From positions 33,339-97,338 of the forward strand of contig JANRKO010000050.1 of NCBI GenBank assembly GCA_033763455.1: a stretch of DNA of 64,000 bases, given 5' to 3'. Below the pieces are notes generated by a model that saw nothing but the letters and a program-made list of their open reading frames with translations, had not been told where the DNA came from and did no database searches. This DNA is from Polyangiaceae bacterium (GTDB taxonomy: Bacteria; Myxococcota_A; Polyangia; Polyangiales; Polyangiaceae). The position numbers were made by a program, and so were the translations under genes. This document shows positions 1 to 9,473 of the stretch, one piece after another; position 1 is the stretch's first letter; every line of letters begins with the position of its first letter.

Positions 1-99
1 CCTGCTAGTTGTCGCGCCCCCTCGGGCCTTTAGCCCACACTCCTTGAATACTTTCGCGTAGTTAACCTCATCCCCCCAATTAAAGGGAACCCTCGGCGA

Positions 100-1047
100 G
101 TGGCCGTCAAACGTGTTTGTCTCTTCACTGGCAATGCCAACCCTGAGCTGGCTCACGAGATCGCCGCTGTTCTCGACACGCCGCTAGGGGAGGCGCGCGT
201 TTCGCGCTTCAGTGACGGCGAGACATTCTGCGAAATCAAGGAGAATGTCCGGGGCCTGGAGACGTACGTAGTGCAGCCGACGAGCTCGCCTGTGAACGAC
301 AACCTAATGGAGTTGTTGATCATGTGCGATGCACTTCGCCGAGCGTCGGCGGGCTCGATTACGGCGGTGATCCCGTATTACGGGTACGCGCGGCAGGATC
401 GAAAGATCGCTCCGCGGACTCCGATTACCTCGAAGTTGGTGGCGGATCTGCTTGTCGCCAGCGGGGTCACCCGTGTCGTGTGCGTGGATCTGCATGCTGG
501 TCAGATCCAAGGGTTCTTCAATATTCCCTTTGATCATCTCTACGCACTGCCCGTTTTTCTCAATGATTACCTAAAGTCCCGCTTCACGAGTGACGTGGTT
601 TTCGTGTCGCCTGATGCCGGCGGCGTGGAACGCACCCGAGCCTATTCGAAGCGTTTGGGGGCTTCTTTGGCCATCATTGATAAGCGTCGCGAGCGCGCCA
701 ATGTGAGCGAAGTGATGCACGTGATCGGGGAGGTTCAAGGAAAAGACTGCATTATCGTCGACGATATTATCGACACGGCGGGCACGCTGTGTAATGCCGC
801 TCAGGCCGTGATGAAGTTTGGAGCTCGAAGAGTTGTGGCATGTGCCACGCACGGGGTTCTAAGTGGCCCTGCGGTAGAGCGCATTGAAGCCTCTGCGCTT
901 GAGGAGGTGGTGGTGTCGAATTCGATTCCGCTCTCGGATGAGGCGCGCGCGTCCAAGAAAGTTAAAATCGTCTCAATTGGTCGGCTACTGGGCGAAGCAA
1001 TTCGCCGCATTCACAACAGCGATTCAGTAAGTTCACTTTTCGTGTGA
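100..1047 (+). CDS. prs: Ribose-phosphate pyrophosphokinase
   Basis: [34 protein letters not shown] and [16 protein letters not shown]-binding motifs; precedes rplY-pth. Confidence 0.97.
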   Translation: MAVKRVCLFTGNANPELAHEIAAVLDTPLGEARVSRFSDGETFCEIKENVRGLETYVVQPTSSPVNDNLMELLIMCDALRRASAGSITAVIPYYGYARQDRKIAPRTPITSKLVADLLVASGVTRVVCVDLHAGQIQGFFNIPFDHLYALPVFLNDYLKSRFTSDVVFVSPDAGGVERTRAYSKRLGASLAIIDKRRERANVSEVMHVIGEVQGKDCIIVDDIIDTAGTLCNAAQAVMKFGARRVVACATHGVLSGPAVERIEASALEEVVVSNSIPLSDEARASKKVKIVSIGRLLGEAIRRIHNSDSVSSLFV

Positions 1048-1063
1048 ACAGGAGAACCAAGCA

Positions 1064-1741
1064 ATGGAACCGGTAAAAATTGAAGCAACCATCCGCCCCG
1101 GCCGCGGAAAGAACCAAGCCCGCCAGTTGCGCCGTGAGGGCAAGATCCCAGCGGTTGCCTACGGCAGCGGGCTTTCCCCGCTTTCGATTGCTATCTCGCC
1201 GACGCCCATCGTCGAGTTGTTGCGCGGCAAGTTCGGACGCAACCAACTCATTGAGCTCAACGTTAGCGGCGAAAAGTCGATCAAGGCCTTGCTTGGCGAT
1301 TTCCAGTATGATCCGCTAACCCGCAAGCTCAAGCATGCGGATTTTCTGCACGTGTTGATGGACCGTCCCATCGAAATCAGTGTGCCCCTTACTCTTACGG
1401 GTCGCGCTGCAGGTGTGGTCATGGGCGGAACGCTTCAGCAGATTTTCCGTACTCTGCCGCTCAGCTGCACCCCAGACAGCATTCCAGTTGGCATCGAATA
1501 CGACGTTACCTCACTTGAAAAAGGTGGCTTCGTGACCGTGGCGGATTTGAAGCTGCCCGCCGGCGTTACGGTACGCATGGCTCCCACACAGCGCCTCGCG
1601 GTCATTCCAATGAAGGCGAGGGTGGTGGAAGAAACCGAAGAAGGCGCTGAAAAGAAGGCGGATCCGAAGGCGGCGGCGGCTGGTGCGAAGCCTGCTGCGG
1701 CGGCTGCGAAACCTGCGGCCAAGCCCGCTGCCAAGAAGTAA
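1064..1741 (+). CDS. rplY: 50S ribosomal protein L25/Ctc (long form) with Ala/Lys-rich tail
   Basis: ARQLRREGKIPAVAYG, HADF motifs; prs-rplY-pth synteny; GGAG RBS. Confidence 0.95.
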   Translation: MEPVKIEATIRPGRGKNQARQLRREGKIPAVAYGSGLSPLSIAISPTPIVELLRGKFGRNQLIELNVSGEKSIKALLGDFQYDPLTRKLKHADFLHVLMDRPIEISVPLTLTGRAAGVVMGGTLQQIFRTLPLSCTPDSIPVGIEYDVTSLEKGGFVTVADLKLPAGVTVRMAPTQRLAVIPMKARVVEETEEGAEKKADPKAAAAGAKPAAAAAKPAAKPAAKK

Positions 1742-1765
1742 ACAAGAGCCGATAGACGGGCGCCT

Positions 1766-2329
1766 GTGTTCTTGGTCGTTGGGCTCGGCAATCCTGGGTC
1801 GCGCTACTCAGGGACACGGCATAACATTGGCTTTTTAGCGGTGGAGTTTTTGGCGCGGGGGGCTGAATGGCGCCAAAAATTCCAGGGCGAAATTGCTCAG
1901 ATCGAGCTCGGGGGCCAGAAGCTGACGCTGCTGAAGCCGCTCACTTACATGAATGAATCCGGGCAGAGCGTGGGCCCTGCCGCTAAGTTCTTCAAGGTTG
2001 AGCCGCGGGACGTCGTAGTAGTGCACGACGAGCTCGATCTGCCCCTCGGAACAGTGCGTATCAAGCAGGGGGGAGGGGATGCCGGCCACAATGGCCTGCG
2101 CTCGATTCGCGCGCACCTGGGCACGGGCGATTTCATTCGGATCCGACTTGGAATCGGCCGACCACCCCCAACGTTTCGGGGTGAAATCGCGGATTATGTG
2201 CTACAAGGCTTCCCCCTTGCAGACCAGGGGGCCCGAGACACCATGGCCGAACAAGCAGCTCTTGCACTTGAGCTCATCGTGGAACGAGGCCTTTCCTCTG
2301 CAATGAATACAGTTAATCAACGCAAGTAA
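1766..2329 (+). CDS. pth: Peptidyl-tRNA hydrolase
   Basis: VVGLGNPG, TRHNIGF, KPLTYMNESG, HDELD, GHNGLRSI. Confidence 0.97.
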   Translation: MFLVVGLGNPGSRYSGTRHNIGFLAVEFLARGAEWRQKFQGEIAQIELGGQKLTLLKPLTYMNESGQSVGPAAKFFKVEPRDVVVVHDELDLPLGTVRIKQGGGDAGHNGLRSIRAHLGTGDFIRIRLGIGRPPPTFRGEIADYVLQGFPLADQGARDTMAEQAALALELIVERGLSSAMNTVNQRK

Positions 2330-2346
2330 CTAGCAACCCCTACCCA

Positions 2347-2392
2347 CTCCTTGCTTCAGCGCTTTGACACTGAGGCCTTAGGCCAGAAGGAG
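2347..2392 (+). promoter_or_regulatory. S6:S18-type ribosomal protein mRNA leader
   Basis: CTCCTT(2347-2352) pairs with the SD AAGGAG(2387-2392); inner stem GCTTCAG/CTGAGGC; 3' internal loop CTTAGGCCAG carries RCC; directly upstream of rpsF. Confidence 0.7.
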
Positions 2393-2397
2393 CCACC

Positions 2398-2925
2398 ATG
2401 GCAGCCGAGCAACAAGCTCATACTAGAGAATACGAGACCATTTACATCCTGCGCCCTGACGTAACCGTCGAAGGCGCGCGCAAAGTCGCAGCTCGCGTGG
2501 AAGAAGTGACGCAGCGTGAAAACGGCCGTCTCACACTCGTTGAGAGTTGGGGTCGCCGGACACTTTCTTACCCGCTTAAGAAATGTCGTCGCGGTGTGTA
2601 CGTTTACTTCAAGTACCTGGGTGGAGGCGTCGTTGTCAGCGAGATTGAGCGTAATCTGCGCATGCTCGACGAAGTGCTGAAGTACCAGACCGTGCTTGTT
2701 CGCCGGGATGTCGAAGTGGAGGCGCTGACGATCTCCGAGGAAGATACCAAGTTCACGGATATTGAGCCCTTGCCCGCGGATGAGCCACCCGAGACGCGCG
2801 AAGCGATCCTTGGGTTGGAATTCTCGCGAACTGTGCGTCGTGAAGAAGAAGATCGCGGCGGGGATGATGATGATGATTCAGATAGTCCCTTCGCGGACGT
2901 GAAAAAGACGGAGGATGACGAATGA
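2398..2925 (+). CDS. rpsF: 30S ribosomal protein S6 with acidic C-terminal extension
   Basis: [30 protein letters not shown] motifs; operon context. Confidence 0.95.
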   Translation: MAAEQQAHTREYETIYILRPDVTVEGARKVAARVEEVTQRENGRLTLVESWGRRTLSYPLKKCRRGVYVYFKYLGGGVVVSEIERNLRMLDEVLKYQTVLVRRDVEVEALTISEEDTKFTDIEPLPADEPPETREAILGLEFSRTVRREEEDRGGDDDDDSDSPFADVKKTEDDE

Positions 2926-3182
2926 CTTTCGACGGACCCGAATCCAGGTTTGACAAGGACTCTCCCTTCAAGCGCACGTCGCGCCGCCGTGGCTGCGTGT
3001 TCTGCGCGGATGATGCCCCCGCCATCGACTACAAAGACACCCAGACGCTGCGCTACTTCATCACGGATCGCGGCAAGATCGTGCCGCGCCGAATTTCCAG
3101 TACGTGTGCCAAGCACCAGCGTTTTCTCACCGAAGCGATCAAGCGTTCGCGCAACATCGCTCTCATGCCCTTTACGGCCTAA
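2922..3182 (+). CDS. rpsR: 30S ribosomal protein S18 (zinc-binding form)
   Basis: CVFC...IDYKD...GKIVPRR...CAKHQR; ATGA overlap with rpsF. Confidence 0.96.
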   Translation: MTFDGPESRFDKDSPFKRTSRRRGCVFCADDAPAIDYKDTQTLRYFITDRGKIVPRRISSTCAKHQRFLTEAIKRSRNIALMPFTA

Positions 3183-3196
3183 TACCGAGGCAAGCT

Positions 3197-3658
3197 ATGG
3201 CAACGCATATCAAAGTGGTCTTACAGGACGACGTCCCGAACCTCGGAGCAAGTGGGGACGTAGTGCGCGTACGTCCCGGTTTTGCGAGGAATTTCTTGAT
3301 TCCGCGCATCCTGGCCGTTCCGGCAACCGAGAAGAACCTCGCGAAGGTGGAAGAGCTCAAGCAGAAAGCGGCGCTTCGCGCGCAGGCGAAGCTCACTGAG
3401 GCTCAACAAGCGAAAGCCAAGCTTGAGGGCACCAGCGTGAAGATCAGTCGCGCGGTCGGCGAAGAGAACAAGATGTTCGGTTCAGTCACCGCTCACGACA
3501 TCGAGAGCGCATTCGCAGAAGTTGGTATTGTGGTGGATCGCAAGAAGATCGTCCTCCCGGATCCCATCCGTGAGCTCGGTCTGCGCACGGTTTCTGTGAA
3601 GCTTCACTCGGAAGTAACCGCTAACCTGCGCGTTGAAGTGATCAAAGCAGCGCACTGA
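3197..3658 (+). CDS. rplI: 50S ribosomal protein L9
   Basis: KVVLQDDVPNLG..GDVVRVRPGFARNFLIP, KMFGSVT; start moved to ATG 3197 after GAGG. Confidence 0.96.
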   Translation: MATHIKVVLQDDVPNLGASGDVVRVRPGFARNFLIPRILAVPATEKNLAKVEELKQKAALRAQAKLTEAQQAKAKLEGTSVKISRAVGEENKMFGSVTAHDIESAFAEVGIVVDRKKIVLPDPIRELGLRTVSVKLHSEVTANLRVEVIKAAH

Positions 3659-3675
3659 AGTTTGCTGATACGCAG

Positions 3676-3724
3676 GTGCCGCGCCGCTACGTGTTTTACA
3701 CGAACGTGCGCGGCACAGCTTTGT
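3676..3724 (+). terminator. Stem-loop after rplI, probable terminator
   Basis: GTGCCGCGC(3676-3684)/GCGCGGCAC(3708-3716) with inner CGTGT/ACACG; only a short T tract follows. Confidence 0.45.
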
Positions 3725-3883
3725 GTGCTGCCTAGGGTTCTTACGTCGTAGCTTCGTGTGGGCTGCTGTTAGGGGCCGCAAATCAAAAGCCCTGCCCAAC
3801 GTGTGATTCAAACTGGCTGGTGTTGGGGGGAAGATCAGGTGCCCCCACTCGCCCGTGCTCGCGCTGTGCGCTCCGCTCGGGCG

Positions 3884-4122
3884 TTCTCCCCCACGCCTCC
3901 GCTAGCGCTTCGCGGGGGAGAGCGGGGGGAGAAGCGCGGGAGAACGGGGGGGAGAAGCGCGGGAGAGCGAGTGCTGAAGCGCGCCAAGATCTACTTGACG
4001 AAGTGGGTGAAGGGCTGGCAGTGTTCGAAGTTCACCCCGGTCCGCTTTTTTGCGAATCGGGGTTACTGCATTTCGGACCCTGGGGATAAGCCGTGGACTT
4101 CATCTTAGAATGTTGGGGAAAA
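3884..4122. promoter_or_regulatory. Cluster of degenerate DnaA-box-like 9-mers upstream of dnaB
   Basis: TGGGGATAA(4081-4089), TGGGGAAAA(4114-4122), tandem GGGGGAGAA/GCGGGAGAA units at 3925-3967, inverted TTCTCCCCC(3884-3892). Confidence 0.45.
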
Positions 4123-4168
4123 TCCGGAACACACAAGGCCATCGCGGGTTTGCGCTTAACCGCCTGGT

Positions 4169-5695
4169 GTGTTGCCCCAGAAAGGCAAAGTGTTCGTGGC
4201 CGGTAATTTTCAGAAGCGTCCGCCTCTGGATTCCGCCGCAACCGTCGTTCCACACGAGGGGCGAGTTCCGCCCAATGATCTCGATGTAGAGGGGGCGGTT
4301 CTCGGCGCTATTCTGCTGGAGCCAGACGCGAGTGATCGCGTTTCGCAGCTGCTTTTGGCTGACCACTTTTATTCGGACGCGAATCGCCGGATCTACGAAG
4401 CCGTTCTGGAGCTGCGCAAGGTGGGTCGTCCTGCCGACATGGTGTCCGTCGCCAGCTGGCTCAAAGATCGCGAGCGCCTGGCACAGGTAGGGGGCGTCGC
4501 GTACCTCGCGCAACTTGCGGATGCCACGCCCGCGGTTGCGAACGTGGAGGCGCACGCGAGGGTGATCCGGGAGAAGTGGCGTCTACGGAAGCTTATCGCC
4601 ACTTGCCAGCGCTTTGCAGCGGAGGGTTATTCCGACTGCGGGGATGTGCAGGGGTTTATTGATCGCGCGGAGCAGGAGGTCTTTGAGATAGGGCGGGTGG
4701 AGGAAGGTACATCCATTGTCCCTGTCAAAGACGCGATTACGGCAGCGTTTCAAGTTCTGATCGAAGCTTCGCGCAGAGGTGGTGCCGTTACAGGTATCGA
4801 AACTGGCTTTACGGAGCTCGACAAAAAGACTGCCGGCTTGCACCCAGGTGATTTGTACATCGTGGCGGGGCGCCCCGGTATGGGCAAGACCTCGTTCGTG
4901 ATGAATATGGCGGTGAACGTCGCTCGTGCGCGTGATGTAGCGGTGGTAACCGATGAATCTAGTGGAGATGCGCCGGTTGAACAGCCAGGTTACGCGGTAG
5001 CTTTTTTCTCGTTAGAAATGCCACGTGAGCAGCTGGCTGCGCGGCTTCTTGCAAGTGAAGCCAGGATCGACGTGTCGCGGCTCCGCTCGGGTGACATTCG
5101 ACGAGATGATTGGAACCGGCTCACCGAAGCCGCGGCGCAACTTGGACGGCTCCCGCTCTGGTTGGATGATACACCAGCGCTCACCTTGCTTGATCTGCGC
5201 GCAAAGATTAGGCGTCTGCAGGCATCCCTTGGAAGAGATGGGCAAGGGGCAACGCGGCTTGGCCTGGTAGCGATCGATTACTTACAGCTCATGCAGGGGC
5301 GGCGCGACGCTGGAAGCCGCGAGCAAGAGATCAGTGAGTTGTCCCGAGGGCTGAAGCAGCTCGCCAAGGAGATGAAGGTTCCAGTTTTGGCTTTGAGTCA
5401 GCTTAATCGCTCAGTGGAAACGCGCGGTACGAAAGACAAGCGCCCTCAATTGAGCGATCTTCGGGAATCCGGTGCTATCGAGCAGGACGCCGATACCATC
5501 ATCTTCATCTACCGCGATGAGTATTACTTTCCGGACAGCCCCGATAAGGGTGCCGCCGAAATCATCATCGCTAAACAACGCAACGGACCGACCGGCAAGG
5601 TGATGACCAAGTTCACCAGTGAATACACACGCTTCGACAATCTGGCGCGCGAGGAATACAACTTCGACGAGTTTGACGATTTTGCGCAGGGGTAA
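4169..5695 (+). CDS. dnaB: Replicative DNA helicase (start uncertain by a few codons)
   Basis: AGRPGMGKT Walker A, FFSLEM, IDYLQLM, LSQLNR, DLRESGAIEQDAD, AKQRNGP. Confidence 0.97.
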   Translation: MLPQKGKVFVAGNFQKRPPLDSAATVVPHEGRVPPNDLDVEGAVLGAILLEPDASDRVSQLLLADHFYSDANRRIYEAVLELRKVGRPADMVSVASWLKDRERLAQVGGVAYLAQLADATPAVANVEAHARVIREKWRLRKLIATCQRFAAEGYSDCGDVQGFIDRAEQEVFEIGRVEEGTSIVPVKDAITAAFQVLIEASRRGGAVTGIETGFTELDKKTAGLHPGDLYIVAGRPGMGKTSFVMNMAVNVARARDVAVVTDESSGDAPVEQPGYAVAFFSLEMPREQLAARLLASEARIDVSRLRSGDIRRDDWNRLTEAAAQLGRLPLWLDDTPALTLLDLRAKIRRLQASLGRDGQGATRLGLVAIDYLQLMQGRRDAGSREQEISELSRGLKQLAKEMKVPVLALSQLNRSVETRGTKDKRPQLSDLRESGAIEQDADTIIFIYRDEYYFPDSPDKGAAEIIIAKQRNGPTGKVMTKFTSEYTRFDNLAREEYNFDEFDDFAQG

Positions 5696-5699
5696 GCGT

Positions 5700-6731
5700 T
5701 CAGGGCGCCTTGTTGCGGGCTCGCCCCACGTGCTCCGCAAGCAAGTTCATGAGGGGGCCGAGGCCACTGTTCGTGGCGGCACTGATGAGGTGCAGTTCGA
5801 TACCCCGCCGCGCCATTTCATCGCGCACTTCCGGGTACGCGTCCTCTACGTCGGGTAGATCGGACTTTGTCATCGCGACAAGTTCGGGCTGCTTTGCCAA
5901 TTCTGGATCAAAACGTTCAAGTTCGCGCCGAATGATCTCATAGTCGGTAATTGGTGAACGCGCAGGATCCCCCGAGAGCGTGATCAAGTGCAACAACACT
6001 CGCGTGCGCTCCAGGTGTTTCAGAAAGTGGGTGCCAAGACCGGCGCCTTCGCTCGCACCCTCTATGAGGCCTGGAATGTCGGCGATCACGAAGGTACCCT
6101 CGGCACTCATATGCCGTTCATCGAGCGTCACAACACCGAGGTGTGGCCTCAGGGTGGTGAATGGGTAGTCAGCAACTTCCGGCCGCGCGCGGCTAACGGC
6201 ACGAATCAGTGTGCTTTTGCCCACGTTTGGAAATCCTAACAGCCCAACATCGGCGAGAACCTTCAGTTCGAGGCGCAACAAGCGCTGCTCCCCGGGGGTA
6301 CCCGGTTCGGCTCTACGCGGCGCGCGATCGGTGGGAGTCGTAAAATGCTTGTTGCCGCGGCCCCCCTTGCCACCACGAACAACGACGAAGGTTTGGCCGG
6401 CCTCCGTCAGCTCAGCGAGCTGTTCACCCGTCTCCGCGTCGTAAATGATTGTGCCGAGGGGCAGGCGAATCTCGCGATCGCTGGCGGCCCTCCCATGGCA
6501 ATCCCGACCTTCTCCGCGACCTCCCGGTTCGGCTTTCACCACACGGACATGCACGAGATCGAGCAAGGTGTTGCGCCCTGGGTCACCCACCAAAACAACG
6601 TCGCCGCCTCTGCCGCCATCCCCACCTGAAGGGCCCCCAAAGGGCACAAACTTGGCTCTGCGAAAGGCAATACAGCCGTCGCCGCCGTTGCCGGCAATGA
6701 CCTGGAGGGTGCATTCATCAATAAAACGCAT
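5700..6731 (-). CDS. obgE: GTPase ObgE/CgtA
   Basis: Gly-rich Obg fold (AGNGGDG, GGDGGRGG), GFPNVGKST, YPFTT, DIPG. Confidence 0.97.
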   Translation of the reverse strand: MRFIDECTLQVIAGNGGDGCIAFRRAKFVPFGGPSGGDGGRGGDVVLVGDPGRNTLLDLVHVRVVKAEPGGRGEGRDCHGRAASDREIRLPLGTIIYDAETGEQLAELTEAGQTFVVVRGGKGGRGNKHFTTPTDRAPRRAEPGTPGEQRLLRLELKVLADVGLLGFPNVGKSTLIRAVSRARPEVADYPFTTLRPHLGVVTLDERHMSAEGTFVIADIPGLIEGASEGAGLGTHFLKHLERTRVLLHLITLSGDPARSPITDYEIIRRELERFDPELAKQPELVAMTKSDLPDVEDAYPEVRDEMARRGIELHLISAATNSGLGPLMNLLAEHVGRARNKAP

Positions 6732-6800
6732 AGGGGTTTGGGCCTGGCCAAGCCCGCTTGGACCTGAAGCGGGGGGCGCCCTATACCCCGAACTCGGTCG

Positions 6801-7484
6801 TCAGTCCCGAATGATCACGCGAGCTACGGGTGGCCGGCTAGGCCGAGCGCGCACCTGCTTGGCGGAATGGGCCTGCCGAAAAGCCGTGAGCGCTGAAATC
6901 GTCGATTCAAGGCCCGCTCCTTTGGCGGCCTCGCGCGTGAAAACCTCCGGGATCTCGGCAAGGGCAAGAGCGGTGGTCTTGCTGAGGGTTACCTCGCGTT
7001 CCACGAAAGAGTCGAAATCTCTGTAGCCCTTAGGGGAGTAGAGCTTTTTGTCTCGAATCTCCGCGAGCAGCTCCCCCGCCTCATAGAAGGAGTCCGAAAG
7101 CGTCTTCTTGAACGTGTTGAGTTGGGTCAACATCGTGTGCAGCCGGAGGATCTGGGATTTAATGTCGTCCGCGTTGTCGGGGGTTCGAAGGGTGGCCCGG
7201 GCGCTGCCAGGGCGCACTGGCTCTTCGAGGCGACGCGCTTTTTCAGCGGCCTGCTTGGCGGCATGACGGGTGGCCCAGGGGGCGGCCCCCCTGCTCCCAC
7301 GACGGGCTGCCTGGCTCGCTGCATCGGTTGAGTCGACCGTATCTACGGGCGTCGGCTCCGCAGCGGGGACGGGTGCGACTTCCGCCGGACGCACTGCCCG
7401 CGTGCTCACGGTTGACTTCGCCGCCCTGCGGGCGGCTGATACGGATGCGGGCTTGGTTCGGAGTGGAGTGCCTTTGTTTGCCAT
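6801..7484 (-). CDS. Hypothetical protein: basic low-complexity N-terminus plus helical, possibly DNA-binding (DUF3102-like) C-domain
   Basis: 227-aa ORF; FYEAGELLAEIRDKKLY..KGYRDFDSFVEREV.LSKTTA pattern. Confidence 0.65.
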   Translation of the reverse strand: MANKGTPLRTKPASVSAARRAAKSTVSTRAVRPAEVAPVPAAEPTPVDTVDSTDAASQAARRGSRGAAPWATRHAAKQAAEKARRLEEPVRPGSARATLRTPDNADDIKSQILRLHTMLTQLNTFKKTLSDSFYEAGELLAEIRDKKLYSPKGYRDFDSFVEREVTLSKTTALALAEIPEVFTREAAKGAGLESTISALTAFRQAHSAKQVRARPSRPPVARVIIRD

Positions 7485-7605
7485 GGACTTCGCTCGTAAT
7501 CTAGCAATTAGCTGTGTGAAAAACTGCGCCCAACGATAGGCGTCGGATTATTATTAAAATCTGTCGTAGTGTCCAATTGTTGGAGCCGGGCGCCGGTCAA
7601 TTAAG

Positions 7606-8694
7606 ATGAATTCTGTGTCGACGAACCCCTCCACCCATCCGCCGTCAGGGCCGCTTAGTGGCCCACGCCGTCGAAGTATCGCTGTTGTGGTCAATGGGAG
7701 GGCGAAGAGTGTCACCAACGAGGTAATCGCCACACTGGACCAGATCCTTAAGGGCGGCGATCTATTTGTTTCGCGGAGCGTGCGCGATGCGCGCGAGATT
7801 GCTCGGACGCTGGTCGAGCGCGGCTACGACACCGTTCTCACTGGTGGCGGGGACGGAACTTTCACCGTGGTGGTGACCGAAGTCGTCCGTGAGGCTCGGG
7901 CCGCAGGGGCTATTTTGCCGCGTTTTGGCCTGCTTCACCTGGGCACGGGCAACTCCCTGGCGTGGGTCGTTGGCGCCAGCAAGATCATCGGGCCGGCCGG
8001 AAAGGGGTTGGCCGCTGATATCCAGCGTTTGCAGGAAGACGCCGGCAGCCGAAGCCTGCGTTTGATCGAGGTTGAGGGCAACATTACCCCGTTCTGCGGG
8101 CTCGGCGCCGACGCCACCATGCTGGAGGACTACGCTCAGGCCAAGCAGCGGCTCAGTAAGACGGTGCTTAAGCCCATTGCGGCCGGACCGGTAAGTTATG
8201 CTGTCGCCGCCGTCACCCAGACGTTGCCTCGGTTCCTCGTTACGAAAATGCCACACTGTCGTGTGGTGAATCGCGGGGCTGACGCGTACCGCGTTGGGTC
8301 TCAGGGGCGAGTTCTGGGCAAGCCGATCCCCGAGGGGGCAGTCCTTTATGAGGGGCCGGCACGCATCGCGGCCCTCTCAACCATCCCGTATTATGGCTTT
8401 GGGTTTCGCATGTTCCCCTTTGCGGACGAGAGGGAAGATCGCATGCAGCTGCGCATCTCCACCATGCGTCCGCTGCCATTTGTTAAGAATTTCAGAGAGA
8501 TATGGAAGGGAACTTATGCGAATCCTGAGATGCTGGCCGATTTCCTCGTGGAGAAGGTGAGCATCGAAATGGATCCGCCAACAGCCTTTCAGATCGGCGG
8601 TGATCCTCACGGCAAACGCAGCGAGGTTATCGCAGGGCTGATGCCCGAGACGGTTCGAATCGTGGACTACTACTCTCCGCCGAGTGCTGAGTAA
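7606..8694 (+). CDS. Diacylglycerol/lipid kinase family protein
   Basis: VVVNGRA, GGGDGT, LHLGTGNS, CGLGADA, FQIGGD motifs. Confidence 0.88.
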   Translation: MNSVSTNPSTHPPSGPLSGPRRRSIAVVVNGRAKSVTNEVIATLDQILKGGDLFVSRSVRDAREIARTLVERGYDTVLTGGGDGTFTVVVTEVVREARAAGAILPRFGLLHLGTGNSLAWVVGASKIIGPAGKGLAADIQRLQEDAGSRSLRLIEVEGNITPFCGLGADATMLEDYAQAKQRLSKTVLKPIAAGPVSYAVAAVTQTLPRFLVTKMPHCRVVNRGADAYRVGSQGRVLGKPIPEGAVLYEGPARIAALSTIPYYGFGFRMFPFADEREDRMQLRISTMRPLPFVKNFREIWKGTYANPEMLADFLVEKVSIEMDPPTAFQIGGDPHGKRSEVIAGLMPETVRIVDYYSPPSAE

Positions 8695-8770
8695 CAAGGT
8701 AGGGGGCCCGCTCGGACTATCGGTGAAAAGTTTGGCCAGCGGGGCTACAGACTGTTAGCGAAGGAGGGCC

Positions 8771-9439
8771 ATGATCCTACCTGGGCGACTTTCACGCACA
8801 ACGCTCGGCGATGTGTTGGGCGCTTTGCACCGAGAGCAGGCGGACGGCGTGCTGGAGCTCATCGAGACAGGTGGGGCCAATGACCGACGGCATCGTGTGG
8901 AGTTCGCCAGGGGGCTTGTGCAAGGCATTGAATCTCCGCTTGGAGCTCCGCGCCTTGGCGAGCTACTGCGCTCCCGAGGAGTGCTCGGGGCGGACGGTGT
9001 GGTGGAGAAGTTATTGGGAGGAAGCCAAGGACGCATTGGTCGGACTTTGGTCAGTGCGGCTCTGGTTAGCCCCGAGGTTGTGGGGGTGGCGCTTCGTACT
9101 CAGCTCAGGGCTCGCCTTGAGGCCCTCTTTCAGATCCCTGACGCCAAGGTGCGCTTCCACGTAGCGCGAAACGGGGCGCTGGAAGGGGTGCGTGTGGTGC
9201 CGCTGATGTCGTCGGAATTTCTGCGGGGCCGTCCGCGTTTTCGAGATTCAAGTTCGAGCCGAGCGGAGCCATTGGATAATCTAGAGCCGGGTGCAACGAA
9301 GCCAGCGACTCGGCGCGAACAGTTCCGAGCATTGGCGAAAGAGCTTCACCCCGACCGCTTTCCAAACGCCACGCCCGAGGAACGCGAAACATTCGCCAAG
9401 CGCTTCTCCGCGCTTAGTGCTTCCTATCATCAACTCTAG
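8771..9439 (+). CDS. DUF4388-like N-domain plus C-terminal J-domain fragment
   Basis: GRLSRTTLGDVLGAL..DGVLEL and RLGELL; C-terminal FRALAKELHPDR..F..LSASY with HPD. Confidence 0.75.
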   Translation: MILPGRLSRTTLGDVLGALHREQADGVLELIETGGANDRRHRVEFARGLVQGIESPLGAPRLGELLRSRGVLGADGVVEKLLGGSQGRIGRTLVSAALVSPEVVGVALRTQLRARLEALFQIPDAKVRFHVARNGALEGVRVVPLMSSEFLRGRPRFRDSSSSRAEPLDNLEPGATKPATRREQFRALAKELHPDRFPNATPEERETFAKRFSALSASYHQL

Positions 9440-9473
9440 CTGAGCAACCCCGGGGCCGCGCGCTCGCATCGCT

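Noticed and set aside
1..99. tRNA-Gln often found upstream of prs
   Set aside because: No cloverleaf visible within the window; it may lie upstream of base 1
3660..4168. Chromosomal oriC call
   Set aside because: No dnaA/dnaN nearby and no clear AT-rich unwinding element; kept only as a DnaA-box-like cluster
3803..4289. Short ORFs in the rplI-dnaB gap
   Set aside because: Low-complexity translations of G-rich repeats with no RBS or recognisable motifs
4169..5695. Intein in DnaB
   Set aside because: Length is normal (~500 aa); only a short insertion after Walker A, with no splicing motifs
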